In this document: positions 47,921-56,028 of the stretch, in pieces
How the letters are laid out: each line of letters starts with the position of its first letter
How positions within the stretch are numbered: position 1 is the stretch's first letter
Source of the DNA: an uncultured Gammaproteobacteria bacterium
Lineage (GTDB): Bacteria > Pseudomonadota > Gammaproteobacteria > Steroidobacterales > Steroidobacteraceae
Length of the DNA stretch: 64,000 bases
Direction: 5' to 3'
NCBI GenBank assembly: GCA_963713175.1
Contig: CAVQKW010000008.1
Span: forward strand, 60,281-124,280
The notes under the pieces: model-generated
Database searches by the model: none
The model's input: only the letters and a program-made list of their open reading frames with translations
Told to the model about the DNA's origin: nothing
Position numbers and translations under genes: made by a program

Positions 47921-48954
47921 GTCGACGGTGCGCGCAGCTTCTGATCCAGCTCGATATGGCCCTTAACCGGCGCGCTCTCCACCAGGTGGCTGTATCTCAT
48001 CGTGACACTCGGGCTGCGATGACCTAACACGCTGCCAATCTGCAGCAGGTTCGCCCCATTCTGCGCGAGGAAGGAGGCGCAACTGTGGCGCATGTCGTGC
48101 CAGCGAAAGTCTGCGAGCCCTGCAGCCTTGCGAACGAGCCGCCAGCGATAGTTGAGCCAGAACTTGTCGATAGGCTGCCCCTTCTCATCGACAAACACGT
48201 GCTGACCGAGGATTGGCGCGCGCTTCAGTGCCCGCAGTGCCTCGATCGTGGACTGTGGTACGTAGACGCTGCGGCTCTCGTTGTTCTTGGTCAGAAGTAC
48301 CCGCAGCCGCTGCTTGTCGAGGTCGACGTCGGGCCATTTCAGCCGCTGCAGCTCGCTCTGACGCACCCCGCATCCGAGTGAAACCAACACCGCGGCGTGC
48401 ATGGCCGGGGAATGCGCTGCCGCCGCCTTGAGGAGCTCGCCGAGCTCCGTATCGTTGAGATAGCGCGCCCGCCCCTTTGGCTCGGTGAGCATGAGGCGTG
48501 ACGGCCAGAGCTGGTCCTGCGGCACCAGTCCCGCCGCCCTGCCCCAATTCCACGCCGAGCGCATGGCGCTCACGTAGCGATTGACCGTCCCCGCCTTGCG
48601 GCCGGCGCGCAACGTGTCGCGCGCCTCGCGCAGCGTCAGCACGTTCAGCTCCATCACCTTGTGCGCGCCATAGTGCCCGGTCCACCAGGCAAGCAGCAGC
48701 GACAGGGAACTGAAGTACCGTAAGACCTGGGTCTCGGGGTCCTCGATGAATTCGCGGATGAGTTGCGCCACGGTCATCTTCGGCACGTCGCGCCGCAGGC
48801 CCCCGCGATCGCGCTGCTTTTTTAGCTCCCTCTCAAGCTCCCGCGCCCACCCCTGCGCGGCCGCGCGCGTCTCGAAGGTCTTAGACGCCGAGGGATAGGG
48901 CTTGATGCGAACGGTGGCCGTGAAGCGCCCCTTGTGCTTTCGGAAGGTCGCCAT
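47917..48954 (-). CDS. int: tyrosine-type site-specific integrase
   Basis: 345 aa. C-terminal catalytic region HDMRHSCASFL...LGHRSPSVTMRYSHL (R..HxxR..Y). Adjacent to tRNA-Ser. Confidence 0.9.
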   Translation of the reverse strand: MATFRKHKGRFTATVRIKPYPSASKTFETRAAAQGWARELERELKKQRDRGGLRRDVPKMTVAQLIREFIEDPETQVLRYFSSLSLLLAWWTGHYGAHKVMELNVLTLREARDTLRAGRKAGTVNRYVSAMRSAWNWGRAAGLVPQDQLWPSRLMLTEPKGRARYLNDTELGELLKAAAAHSPAMHAAVLVSLGCGVRQSELQRLKWPDVDLDKQRLRVLLTKNNESRSVYVPQSTIEALRALKRAPILGQHVFVDEKGQPIDKFWLNYRWRLVRKAAGLADFRWHDMRHSCASFLAQNGANLLQIGSVLGHRSPSVTMRYSHLVESAPVKGHIELDQKLRAPST

Positions 48955-49085
48955 CGGTGCACCTACTCGCTTGCGCTTTACGCGCGTAAGTGCAAATATT
49001 GCGCCGTCCCGAGGATCTGTGCAACACGAGGTGCAACACGGGATTTATGAGCGGTTTGCAGAAACGTCGTAAGTGCTTGAAATCT

Positions 49086-49175
49086 TGGCGGAGAGGGTGG
49101 GATTCGAACCCACGAGCCGCTTGCGCAGCCTCCGGTTTTCAAGACCGGTGCAATCAACCGCTCTGCCACCTCTCC
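49086..49175 (-). tRNA. tRNA-Ser (anticodon UGA), CCA encoded; its 3' 58 nt form the second att repeat
   Basis: Reverse complement reads GGAGAGGTGGCAGAGCGGTTGATTGCACCGGTCTTGAAAACCGG...GGTTCGAATCCCACCCTCTCCGCCA. It has a 7-bp acceptor stem, anticodon loop CT-TGA-AA, a long variable arm and a T-loop GGTTCGAATCC. Confidence 0.9.
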
Positions 49176-49255
49176 GTTCTAATCAACTCAACGACTTGCG
49201 ATGATTGTATCAGGCCACAGAGGCCGTTTCGGCGAGGCGCGTAAAGCCGCCGCGC

Positions 49256-49876
49256 TCAGGTTCTCTTGCGTCTCCTCATGAAGCCGAGACCCGTGAGGCC
49301 GAGACCGAGCAGCGAGAGGGTGGCGGGTTCAGGGATGGTCCACGTCCCCGGCTGAAGAAAGTTACTAGCCCCGGCAAGAACGGACCCGCTTGTGCCCAAC
49401 AAACATCCCGCGGAGACTAACGAACCTGCACCGCATTTATCCTGCTCTGCGCTGTCAACAGGCGTCAGGTCGGGCCCACTCTGGGTAAATATCCAGTCTT
49501 GGAAGGACCCGGGGGCCGGCGCTTCCTCATCGAAAACCTGAACAAGCCACGAGGTAATTTGACCTGAACCATCGGTCCAGACCTCAAAAAAGGTGTCCGT
49601 GGCGTTATGGTCCGTAATCGTCTGCAGCCCGTCGGACAAACTGAACGCCGTAGGCGTTATAAACATGGCAGACAGCCCATCCCCTAGCGGTCCCGGTAGT
49701 GTCATCCACCCGGTGACTGAGTCACTTGTCGTGTACGGTCCCGGCGGAGGGGTGCCGAAGAGCTGGCTGACACTCGTGAAATCCTGCCCCGTGTAATCGT
49801 AGGTGACCGGAGTGGACAGCGCGCTGCCGCCGCCCATGAGCGCCACGGCCGTGAATCCCAGAATCTTCGATTTCAT
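49256..49876 (-). CDS. PEP-CTERM sorting-domain secreted protein
   Basis: Signal peptide MKSKILGFTAVALMGG. C-terminus PEPATLSLLGLGLTGLGFMRRRKRT is the PEP-CTERM motif. Lower GC than the surroundings. Confidence 0.8.
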   Translation of the reverse strand: MKSKILGFTAVALMGGGSALSTPVTYDYTGQDFTSVSQLFGTPPPGPYTTSDSVTGWMTLPGPLGDGLSAMFITPTAFSLSDGLQTITDHNATDTFFEVWTDGSGQITSWLVQVFDEEAPAPGSFQDWIFTQSGPDLTPVDSAEQDKCGAGSLVSAGCLLGTSGSVLAGASNFLQPGTWTIPEPATLSLLGLGLTGLGFMRRRKRT

Positions 49877-50073
49877 TGCGCTCCCTCCGTGCACTCAGGC
49901 GAGCTGAGGTCCACCTACGGCGCCCCCCCGCGCCAAATATACCTCCGCACATGCCAACGGGCGCGCCGTCGACTGCGCGTTGCTGCCCAGGCAACGCTCG
50001 AGGAATCTGTCGCGCCGGCGCCTCCATATGCACAGCGGACCATGGAAGCTCGGCCAGCCGCCGATCGTGATAA

Positions 50074-50814
50074 TCAGGTGGGCTGCCGTGAGCTCCCGAG
50101 GACGTAGATGACCCACGGCGTTATCGACAGCTCGGTCTGCCAGCGATACGGCTCATGCTCGCGTCCGAGCGGCCTGTGACACGCCAGCAGCTCAAGTCCC
50201 GATCCGGCAAAGAGGCGCAGATAGTCCTCGTGAAACCAGAGAAAATCGACGACCGGACGTCGATCCGCAACGTCCTTCATCACGATCCGGACTACCTCGC
50301 CGCTGCCTGCCGTGCGGTTCTGTGGAAACTCCCTGGTAGTGAAGGAGACCCACTCGTGCAGGTAGATCTCGGGCGTCGAGTCGAGCAGGATGATGCGCCC
50401 GTCCCGGTTCAGCAACTCGCGCAGACCCCGCAACAGGCGCGCACGTCTTTGCGCATCCGGAATGTTGTCAAACGCGAATGCAGAGAAAATGAGATCGAAG
50501 CGCCCGCGTTCGAGCTTGCTGAAATCTCCATCGGCGATCAGCTCATACGATCCAACCGGGTCGGCCTTCCTGGCCAATTCGATCATGCTGGCTGAAATAT
50601 CGATGCCGACGGCATCGAACCCCAGCTTTTTCAGGAACGCGGTCGAGCGGCCCGTGCCGCAACCGAAATCCAGACCAACTCGTCCTTTGACGTGCGCGGC
50701 GATGATGCCCGGCAGGTCGCGATACGCCAGATAGTAAGTGCCCGGGAACCCCAGCGTCGCGTAGGCCGCGGCCCGCTGCGAATCGTCATAGGTATTGGGA
50801 ATCGCCATGGTCAT
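50074..50814 (-). CDS. class I SAM-dependent methyltransferase
   Basis: 246 aa. Motif I VGLDFGCGTGRST and motif post-I FDAVGIDIS. Confidence 0.85.
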   Translation of the reverse strand: MTMAIPNTYDDSQRAAAYATLGFPGTYYLAYRDLPGIIAAHVKGRVGLDFGCGTGRSTAFLKKLGFDAVGIDISASMIELARKADPVGSYELIADGDFSKLERGRFDLIFSAFAFDNIPDAQRRARLLRGLRELLNRDGRIILLDSTPEIYLHEWVSFTTREFPQNRTAGSGEVVRIVMKDVADRRPVVDFLWFHEDYLRLFAGSGLELLACHRPLGREHEPYRWQTELSITPWVIYVLGSSRQPT

Positions 50815-50823
50815 TCTATGACG

Positions 50824-51429
50824 CTAGCCATGCGCCGGCCCCCGGTAGCCTGGCAGGTGCGCGGCCGCGGGGGAGGTGGCGAGCTTCACGGCCGCGGCCA
50901 CACTGCGGTTGAAGTCGACGCGCGTCGGACCGATGGCGACCCGCGGCCGGAAGAAATCGGCCCACTGGAATTCCGCAAAGGCGGTCGGCGTCTTGTCATA
51001 CGCTCCCGAGTCGCGGGCATATCCGGCAAGCGAGCGATACGGATCATCGATGAGTCTCTCCAGGTGATCGGGAATGTCCGTAAACGGGCGCGGGGCGCCA
51101 TGCTGGTCGACCGGGTGCGCCCATCCGGCGTCGCTCATTTTCGGCCAGAACTGTGCAATGAGGACTTTGGAAAAATCAGCCTCGACCAGGAAGAATCCGG
51201 TGTCGATGCCCGCCTCGGAGGCAGCGCGGGCCAGGTGATGGTGGTCGGTGATGTAGAGCTTGCCATCGGGGCCCCAGACCGCCGGGATCGGATGCGCGAA
51301 CAGGAACTCCTTCTGCTCGTGCTTCTTCAGGTGCTCAAGCTTCAGGCGCTTGTCGTGCACCTCGATCAGGCCGACCGTGATCTGGGTGGGCCGCAGACGG
51401 TGGATCTCGACCTCGTGGAGCTTGCTCAT
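50824..51429 (-). CDS. ParB-like nuclease-domain protein (ParBc_2-type)
   Basis: Start MSKLHEVEIHRLRPTQITVG, then LYITDHHHLARA, matching the ParB/Srx-fold family of stand-alone ParB-like proteins. Confidence 0.65.
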   Translation of the reverse strand: MSKLHEVEIHRLRPTQITVGLIEVHDKRLKLEHLKKHEQKEFLFAHPIPAVWGPDGKLYITDHHHLARAASEAGIDTGFFLVEADFSKVLIAQFWPKMSDAGWAHPVDQHGAPRPFTDIPDHLERLIDDPYRSLAGYARDSGAYDKTPTAFAEFQWADFFRPRVAIGPTRVDFNRSVAAAVKLATSPAAAHLPGYRGPAHG

Positions 51430-51593
51430 GGGCCGCGCGAGTGACCGGGGATGCTCCCGGGTAACTCCATCGTAACATCTGGCAGGGACGAAACCGTTGG
51501 CCCTCAGGACGGGCCCGTTGGCGAGCGGCTTCACCGCAGGAGGTTGCGCGGTGTCTCATACACAGGCGCATTCAAACCGGACGGGGAGGCCTC

Positions 51594-51812
51594 ATGAAGG
51601 TCGCGAGCTGGGCGTTAGTGGGATCCCTTCTCATCAATCTGGCTTTCGCATTGATCATGGCCGCCGCCAGCGCTGCCGGGCCGGGCGGCGCCAGCACTGC
51701 GCCATCTTGCACGCGGTTGTGCGGGCACCGGCATGCGTCGATCAAAAACCCGCACCATGCGTCCGCCAGCCGCTACCTGGCGGCGACGCGCATGGGGTGG
51801 GCGATCAGTTGA
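51594..51812 (+). CDS. possible small membrane-anchored protein (weak call)
   Basis: GGGGAGG RBS 5 nt before the ATG. N-terminal TM helix MKVASWALVGSLLINLAFALIMAAA. The rest looks compositionally poor and may be frameshifted. Confidence 0.25.
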   Translation: MKVASWALVGSLLINLAFALIMAAASAAGPGGASTAPSCTRLCGHRHASIKNPHHASASRYLAATRMGWAIS

Positions 51813-51879
51813 AAACCGGGCGTCACCCCTAACGCGCCCGTCGGTGCGGGATCCGGTCAACACCGGGTCCCGCGCCGTG

Positions 51880-53181
51880 CTATTTCCGCCATCGGCCAAG
51901 CAGCCGCGCCACGCCGTCCACGGCCCGCAGGTACCGCACGGCGGCGCGTGCCGCGACACTGCTGCAGCGGTGAAACGGAATCGGGCGCACGCGCGTGACG
52001 GGGAAGGCGAGCTCGGCCTCGGACATTCCCATGGTGCGCTGTGCGAGCAAACGGCCCATGACGGTTGCCATGGCCACACCCCGGCCGTTGTAGCCGAGTC
52101 CGGCGATGAGCCCCGGGGCGAGCTCGTGCAGGTGCGGCAGATGATCGCGCGTCATGGCGACGAGCCCTCCCCAGTGGTACTCGAAGGCGACACCCGCGAG
52201 TTGCGGGAAGATCTCGTGCACGGCGCGGTAGTGATGGCGTGAGGTGCCAGGAGCCGGCACCGCGCCGAAGACCCCGCGCGATCCGAGCACCAGCCGGCCG
52301 CCGGCCTCGAGACGAAAGTAGCGCAGCAGGTGCCAGGTGTCGGACGCCGCCTGGCCGCCCGGCAGGATCGAGGCCCGCATCGAGGGCTGAAGTGGCGCGG
52401 TCGCCACCTGGAACGAGGGGACGGTGACGATGCTCCGCCGCAGCACCCCGACGAGGCTCCCGCTGTAGGCGTTGGTCGCGATGATCACCGTCGGACTCGC
52501 GAGGCTGCCGCCCGGTGTGTCGATATGCCATTCGCGTGCCGCGCGCCGCAGACGCCGCGCCGGGCTATGGGCGAAGATGCGCCCACCGCTCGCCAGTACC
52601 GCACGCGCCAGGCCGCGCGCGTACGACAACGGCTGCAGCGCCCCGCCCCGCCGATCGAGCAGCCCACCGCGATAGCGCTCGGAGCCGAGGAGCCGCGCGC
52701 ACTCGTGCGCCGTGAGGAGCTCCAGCGCGGCGCCGCGCGCGCGCCACTGCCGCACCCGCTCGGCGAGTTGCGCCAGCGTGCCTTGCGAGGTCGCCGGCTG
52801 AATCCAACCGGTGCGCGTGGCGTCACAGGCGATGCGATGGCGGCTGATGAGCTCGAACACGAGGTCCGGTCCCGCGGCCACCGTCGCCACCAGGCGCGCA
52901 CCGAGATCCGGACCGCACAGCTCCTCGAGCGCGTCGGGGTCGGTCTTCACCCCGGGTATGACCTGACCGCCGTTGAGTCCCGAAGCGCCCGCGCCGACGT
53001 CCGCCGCCTCGAGCACCGCGACCGCGCAGCCGCTCGAGGCGAGATGCAGCGCGGCGGACAGACCCGTATAGCCCGCGCCGATGACCACCACCTCGGCACG
53101 CTGCGCGCCGTAGAGCGGCGCCAGCACCGGAGCGGCCGCGGCGGTCGCGGACCAGAGCGACTGCGGTGCGGCAGTGGCCAT
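51880..53181 (-). CDS. FAD-dependent oxidoreductase (DAO family, amine/gamma-glutamylamine oxidase-like)
   Basis: Intact 433 aa. VVVIGAGYTGLSAALHLA dinucleotide motif. Confidence 0.85.
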   Translation of the reverse strand: MATAAPQSLWSATAAAAPVLAPLYGAQRAEVVVIGAGYTGLSAALHLASSGCAVAVLEAADVGAGASGLNGGQVIPGVKTDPDALEELCGPDLGARLVATVAAGPDLVFELISRHRIACDATRTGWIQPATSQGTLAQLAERVRQWRARGAALELLTAHECARLLGSERYRGGLLDRRGGALQPLSYARGLARAVLASGGRIFAHSPARRLRRAAREWHIDTPGGSLASPTVIIATNAYSGSLVGVLRRSIVTVPSFQVATAPLQPSMRASILPGGQAASDTWHLLRYFRLEAGGRLVLGSRGVFGAVPAPGTSRHHYRAVHEIFPQLAGVAFEYHWGGLVAMTRDHLPHLHELAPGLIAGLGYNGRGVAMATVMGRLLAQRTMGMSEAELAFPVTRVRPIPFHRCSSVAARAAVRYLRAVDGVARLLGRWRK

Positions 53182-53189
53182 CGCAACCC

Positions 53190-53207
53190 TTATCGATAAT
53201 CGATAGT
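53190..53207. promoter_or_regulatory. AT-rich palindromic box TTATCGATAATCGATAGT, putative IclR-type operator
   Basis: The 17 nt TATCGATAATCGATAGT are identical to 61835-61851. It lies 9 nt upstream of the FAD-oxidoreductase start, in the divergent region shared with mauB. Confidence 0.5.
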
Positions 53208-53336
53208 GAAATATCGAAGCGTCGAACGACTCTACGACAGCACCCGACGACGGTCAAACCGGCACGGCAAGCGCGGCGCCGCGCGCCTTCCACCGCTCGC
53301 GCCGATGTGCGAGACTGCCGCGCACGGGGGTAGCCC

Positions 53337-54512
53337 ATGGGACGTTCCGCGCGTTGCGCACTGGCGCTGTGCCTCGCTCTCGGCGGCGCACGAGTGTCGT
53401 TGCCCGCGTGGGCGGCGCCGGCGCTGCCACCGCCCCTGCCGGCCGAGCATCTCACCATCGAGACCCTGCCCGCGCGCAGCCCGCACTGGGTGTTCGTGGT
53501 GGACTACGCCTTCAACAACGAGATCGACGCGCGCGTGCACCTGTTCGACGGTGACAGCTACCGCGAGCTCGGCCAGATCGACGGCGGTTTCAATCCGGGC
53601 GTCAATCTGTCGCCCGATTCCGGCACCAGCGTCGTAGTTACGACCTACTTCGCCCGCGGCAGCCACGGCACCCGCACCGACGTCGTGGAGTTCACCGACA
53701 ACACGACGCTCGCCACCACGCACGAGATCGTGTTGCCGCCGAAGAGCGCTGCAGGCGGTGCCGACCCTGTTCAACGTCGCCTACAGCTCCGACGCGCACT
53801 TCCTGTACGTCGCTTACCTGACACCCGCGGCCTCCTTCGGCGTGCTCGATCCCGCCCACGGCACCGTGCTCGGCGAGATCGACACCGCGGGCTGCGTGCT
53901 GGTCGATCCCGGGCGGCCCGAACCGCGTATCGTCCCTGTGCGAGAGCGGGCGCCTGCTCACGGTGACGCTCGATGCGCAGGGCCACGAGGCCTCGCGCAG
54001 CATGTCCGAGCCGTTCTTCGATCCGGACCAGGACCCGGTGTTCGTGCAGGGGATCCCGACACCGCAACGGATTTGCGTTCCTGTCGTTTCTCGGCGACGT
54101 GCACGAGGTCGATCTCTCCGGCCCGCAGCCGGCGTTCGCTCCTGCCTGGTCGCTCGTCGGGCCCGCGCAGCGCGGACAGTGGCGCCCCGGGGGCGAGCAG
54201 CCGGTCGCGATCCATCGCGGGCTCGGGCGCCTCTACGTGCCGATGCACGTGGGCGATGAAGCCTCGCACAAGGACGGCGGCACGCAGCTGTGGGTCTTCG
54301 ATCTGGCCACTCACCGCCGCCTGGCGCGCTGGCCGCTGAAGACGGCGGGCATCGCACCGGTGGACGCCGTACAGGTGTCGCAGGATGAGGCGCCGCTGGT
54401 GTTCGTCGCCACCGAGACGGGTCAGCTGGCGGTTCTGGATGCGGCCACCGGTCGCGTCCGCCACATCGAGCAGCACTTCGCCCAGACTCCCTGGCAGCTG
54501 CTGACTCCGTAA
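53337..54512 (+). pseudogene. mauB: TTQ-dependent amine dehydrogenase heavy (beta-propeller) subunit, at least 3 frameshifts
   Basis: Signal peptide plus HWVFVVDYAFNNEIDARVHLFDGDSYRELGQIDGGFNPGVNLSPD (ORF 53337-53966). FNVAYSSDAHFLYVAYLTPAASFGVLD (53758-54339). LSFLGDVHEVDL...QLWVFDLATHRRL (53973-54512). Confidence 0.85.
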
Positions 54513-54525
54513 AGAGCGCGATCCC

Positions 54526-55046
54526 ATGAAGCGTTCACTCGATGAGCTGTTCGAACACTCCTCCCGCTCGCTCGCCCGGCGCACCTCGCGACGCAGTCTC
54601 CTCGCCGTGCTCGGCCAGGTACTGACCGGCGCGGCGCTCCTGCCGCTGCTGCCGCTGGATCGCGGCGGGCGTGCTCAGGCGGCGAGCGCACCGGGCAAGG
54701 CTCCCGGCCCCGAGAACTGCGAGTACTGGAAGTACTGCGCCATCGATGGGTTTCTGTGCTCGTGCTGCGGCGGCAGCTCCACTTCCTGTCCGCCCGGGAC
54801 AGCTCCTCGCCCATCACCTGGATCGGCACGTGCCACAACCCGACGGACGGCCGCAGCTACATCGTCTCCTACAACGACTGCTGCGGTAAGACCAGCTGCG
54901 GCAACTGCGCCTGCGAGCGCAGTGAAGGCGAGAAGCCCCTCTACCGCCCCTCGCGCAACAACGATCTCAACTGGTGCATGGCGAACGCCGAGTCGAACTA
55001 TCACTGCACCGTCTCGATCATCCTCGGGGTCGCGGAGAAGAAATGA
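54526..55046 (+). pseudogene. mauA: TTQ-dependent amine dehydrogenase light subunit, one frameshift
   Basis: Tat leader SRRSLLAVLG and CEYWKYCAIDGFLCSCCGG (ORF 54526-). ITWIGTCHNPTDGRSYIVSYNDCCGKTSCGNCAC...YRPSRNNDLNWCM...YHCTVS (ORF 54756-55046). Both TTQ tryptophans and the Cys framework are conserved. Confidence 0.9.
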
Positions 55047-55578
55047 CGCGGCCGGCGCGCGGCGCCGCAGGCGCGTGGCCGGTGCAGCGGGCACGACGCG
55101 CGCTCTGAGCGTGGGCTCGCCACGCTGCTGGCGCGCCGCCGCATCGGCGGCGGATCGCCCCCGCCTACCGCCTCGCCTACCCCGCGGGATTCGCGGCCTT
55201 CCAGGCCAACTGCGCCGTCTGTCACGGCCCGGCCGGCGCCGGGGTGCCGTGGACTTGCGCCCCCGCTACTTTCCTATCCCGGCGCGCTTCGCGGCGAGTG
55301 CGCAAGGCCGGCGGCAGCTCGCCATGACGGTGCTGTTCGGGATGTTCGGCGACATCACGGTCGAGGACAAACACTACGACTCCAGCATGCCGGACTTCGC
55401 GCGCCTGGATGACGCCCAGCTTGCCGCGGTGCTCAATTTCGTCGTGTTCGACCTCGACCACGCGCCCGCATCGCTCGCGCCGCTCGCCGCCGCGGAGCTC
55501 GCCGCCGAGCGCCCGGCCAAGCTCGATGGCGCGGCGGTGCGCGAGCATCGCAAGAGCGTCGCGCCGGCGGGACCGTAA
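55043..55578 (+). pseudogene. c-type cytochrome (class I), frameshifted
   Basis: The ATG overlaps the mauA stop (ATGA). Heme motif FQANCAVCHGPAG is in one frame. The C-terminal part ...MPDFARLDDAQLAAVLNFVV... is in ORF 54526-55578. Confidence 0.6.
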
Positions 55579-55583
55579 CGCAT

Positions 55584-56017
55584 GTCGCGACTGCGCCCGG
55601 GGAGCCGTCGCCGCCCTGGCGGCGGCTCGCCGTCACCGGCCTCGCCGCCGCGAGCCCGGCCGAGGACTACATGCTCTACTGCATGGGTTGCCACGGCGCC
55701 GAGGCCCACGGTGTGCCCGGCAAGGTGCCGCCGCTCGCCGGCTCCCTCGCACTCTTCATGCGCTCGCCCGAGGGGCGCAACTACCTGCTGCGTGTTCCAG
55801 GCGCCGCCAACTCGGTGCTCAGCGATGCGCAGCTCGCCGCGGTGCTCAACTGGCTGGCCGAGCGCTACCCGGCCGGCGAGGGCGGCCGCCCGGCGCCCTT
55901 CACCACGGCCGAGGTGCACGCGTGCGCCACACGCCGCTCGCGGACGTGCAGACGACCCGGCGCGAGGTGGTGCGCGCGCTGGCGGCCAGGGGACCCGCGC
56001 CGCAGGCCAAGTACTAA
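55584..56017 (+). pseudogene. c-type cytochrome (class I), frameshifted near 55925
   Basis: YCMGCHGAEAHG heme motif and SDAQLAAVLNWLAERY (ORF 55671-56390). The C-terminal ...DVQTTRREVVRALAARGPAPQAKY is in ORF 55409-56017. It is paralogous to the preceding cytochrome. Confidence 0.6.
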
Positions 56018-56028
56018 AGCCCGGCGCT

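Larger units (their letters stand above)
35028..49143. mobile_element. 14.1-kb integrative element (defective prophage or phage-satellite-like) inserted in tRNA-Ser(UGA)
   Basis: Perfect 58-bp direct repeats. A tyrosine integrase sits next to the intact tRNA. It carries replication, toxin-antitoxin, terminase and tape-measure-like genes, with lower-GC patches at 35230-35700 and 44590-44830. Confidence 0.85.

Noticed and set aside
48978-49169. 63-aa ORF overlapping tRNA-Ser
   Set aside because: It is simply the tRNA sequence read as protein. The tRNA cloverleaf and anticodon loop are unambiguous.
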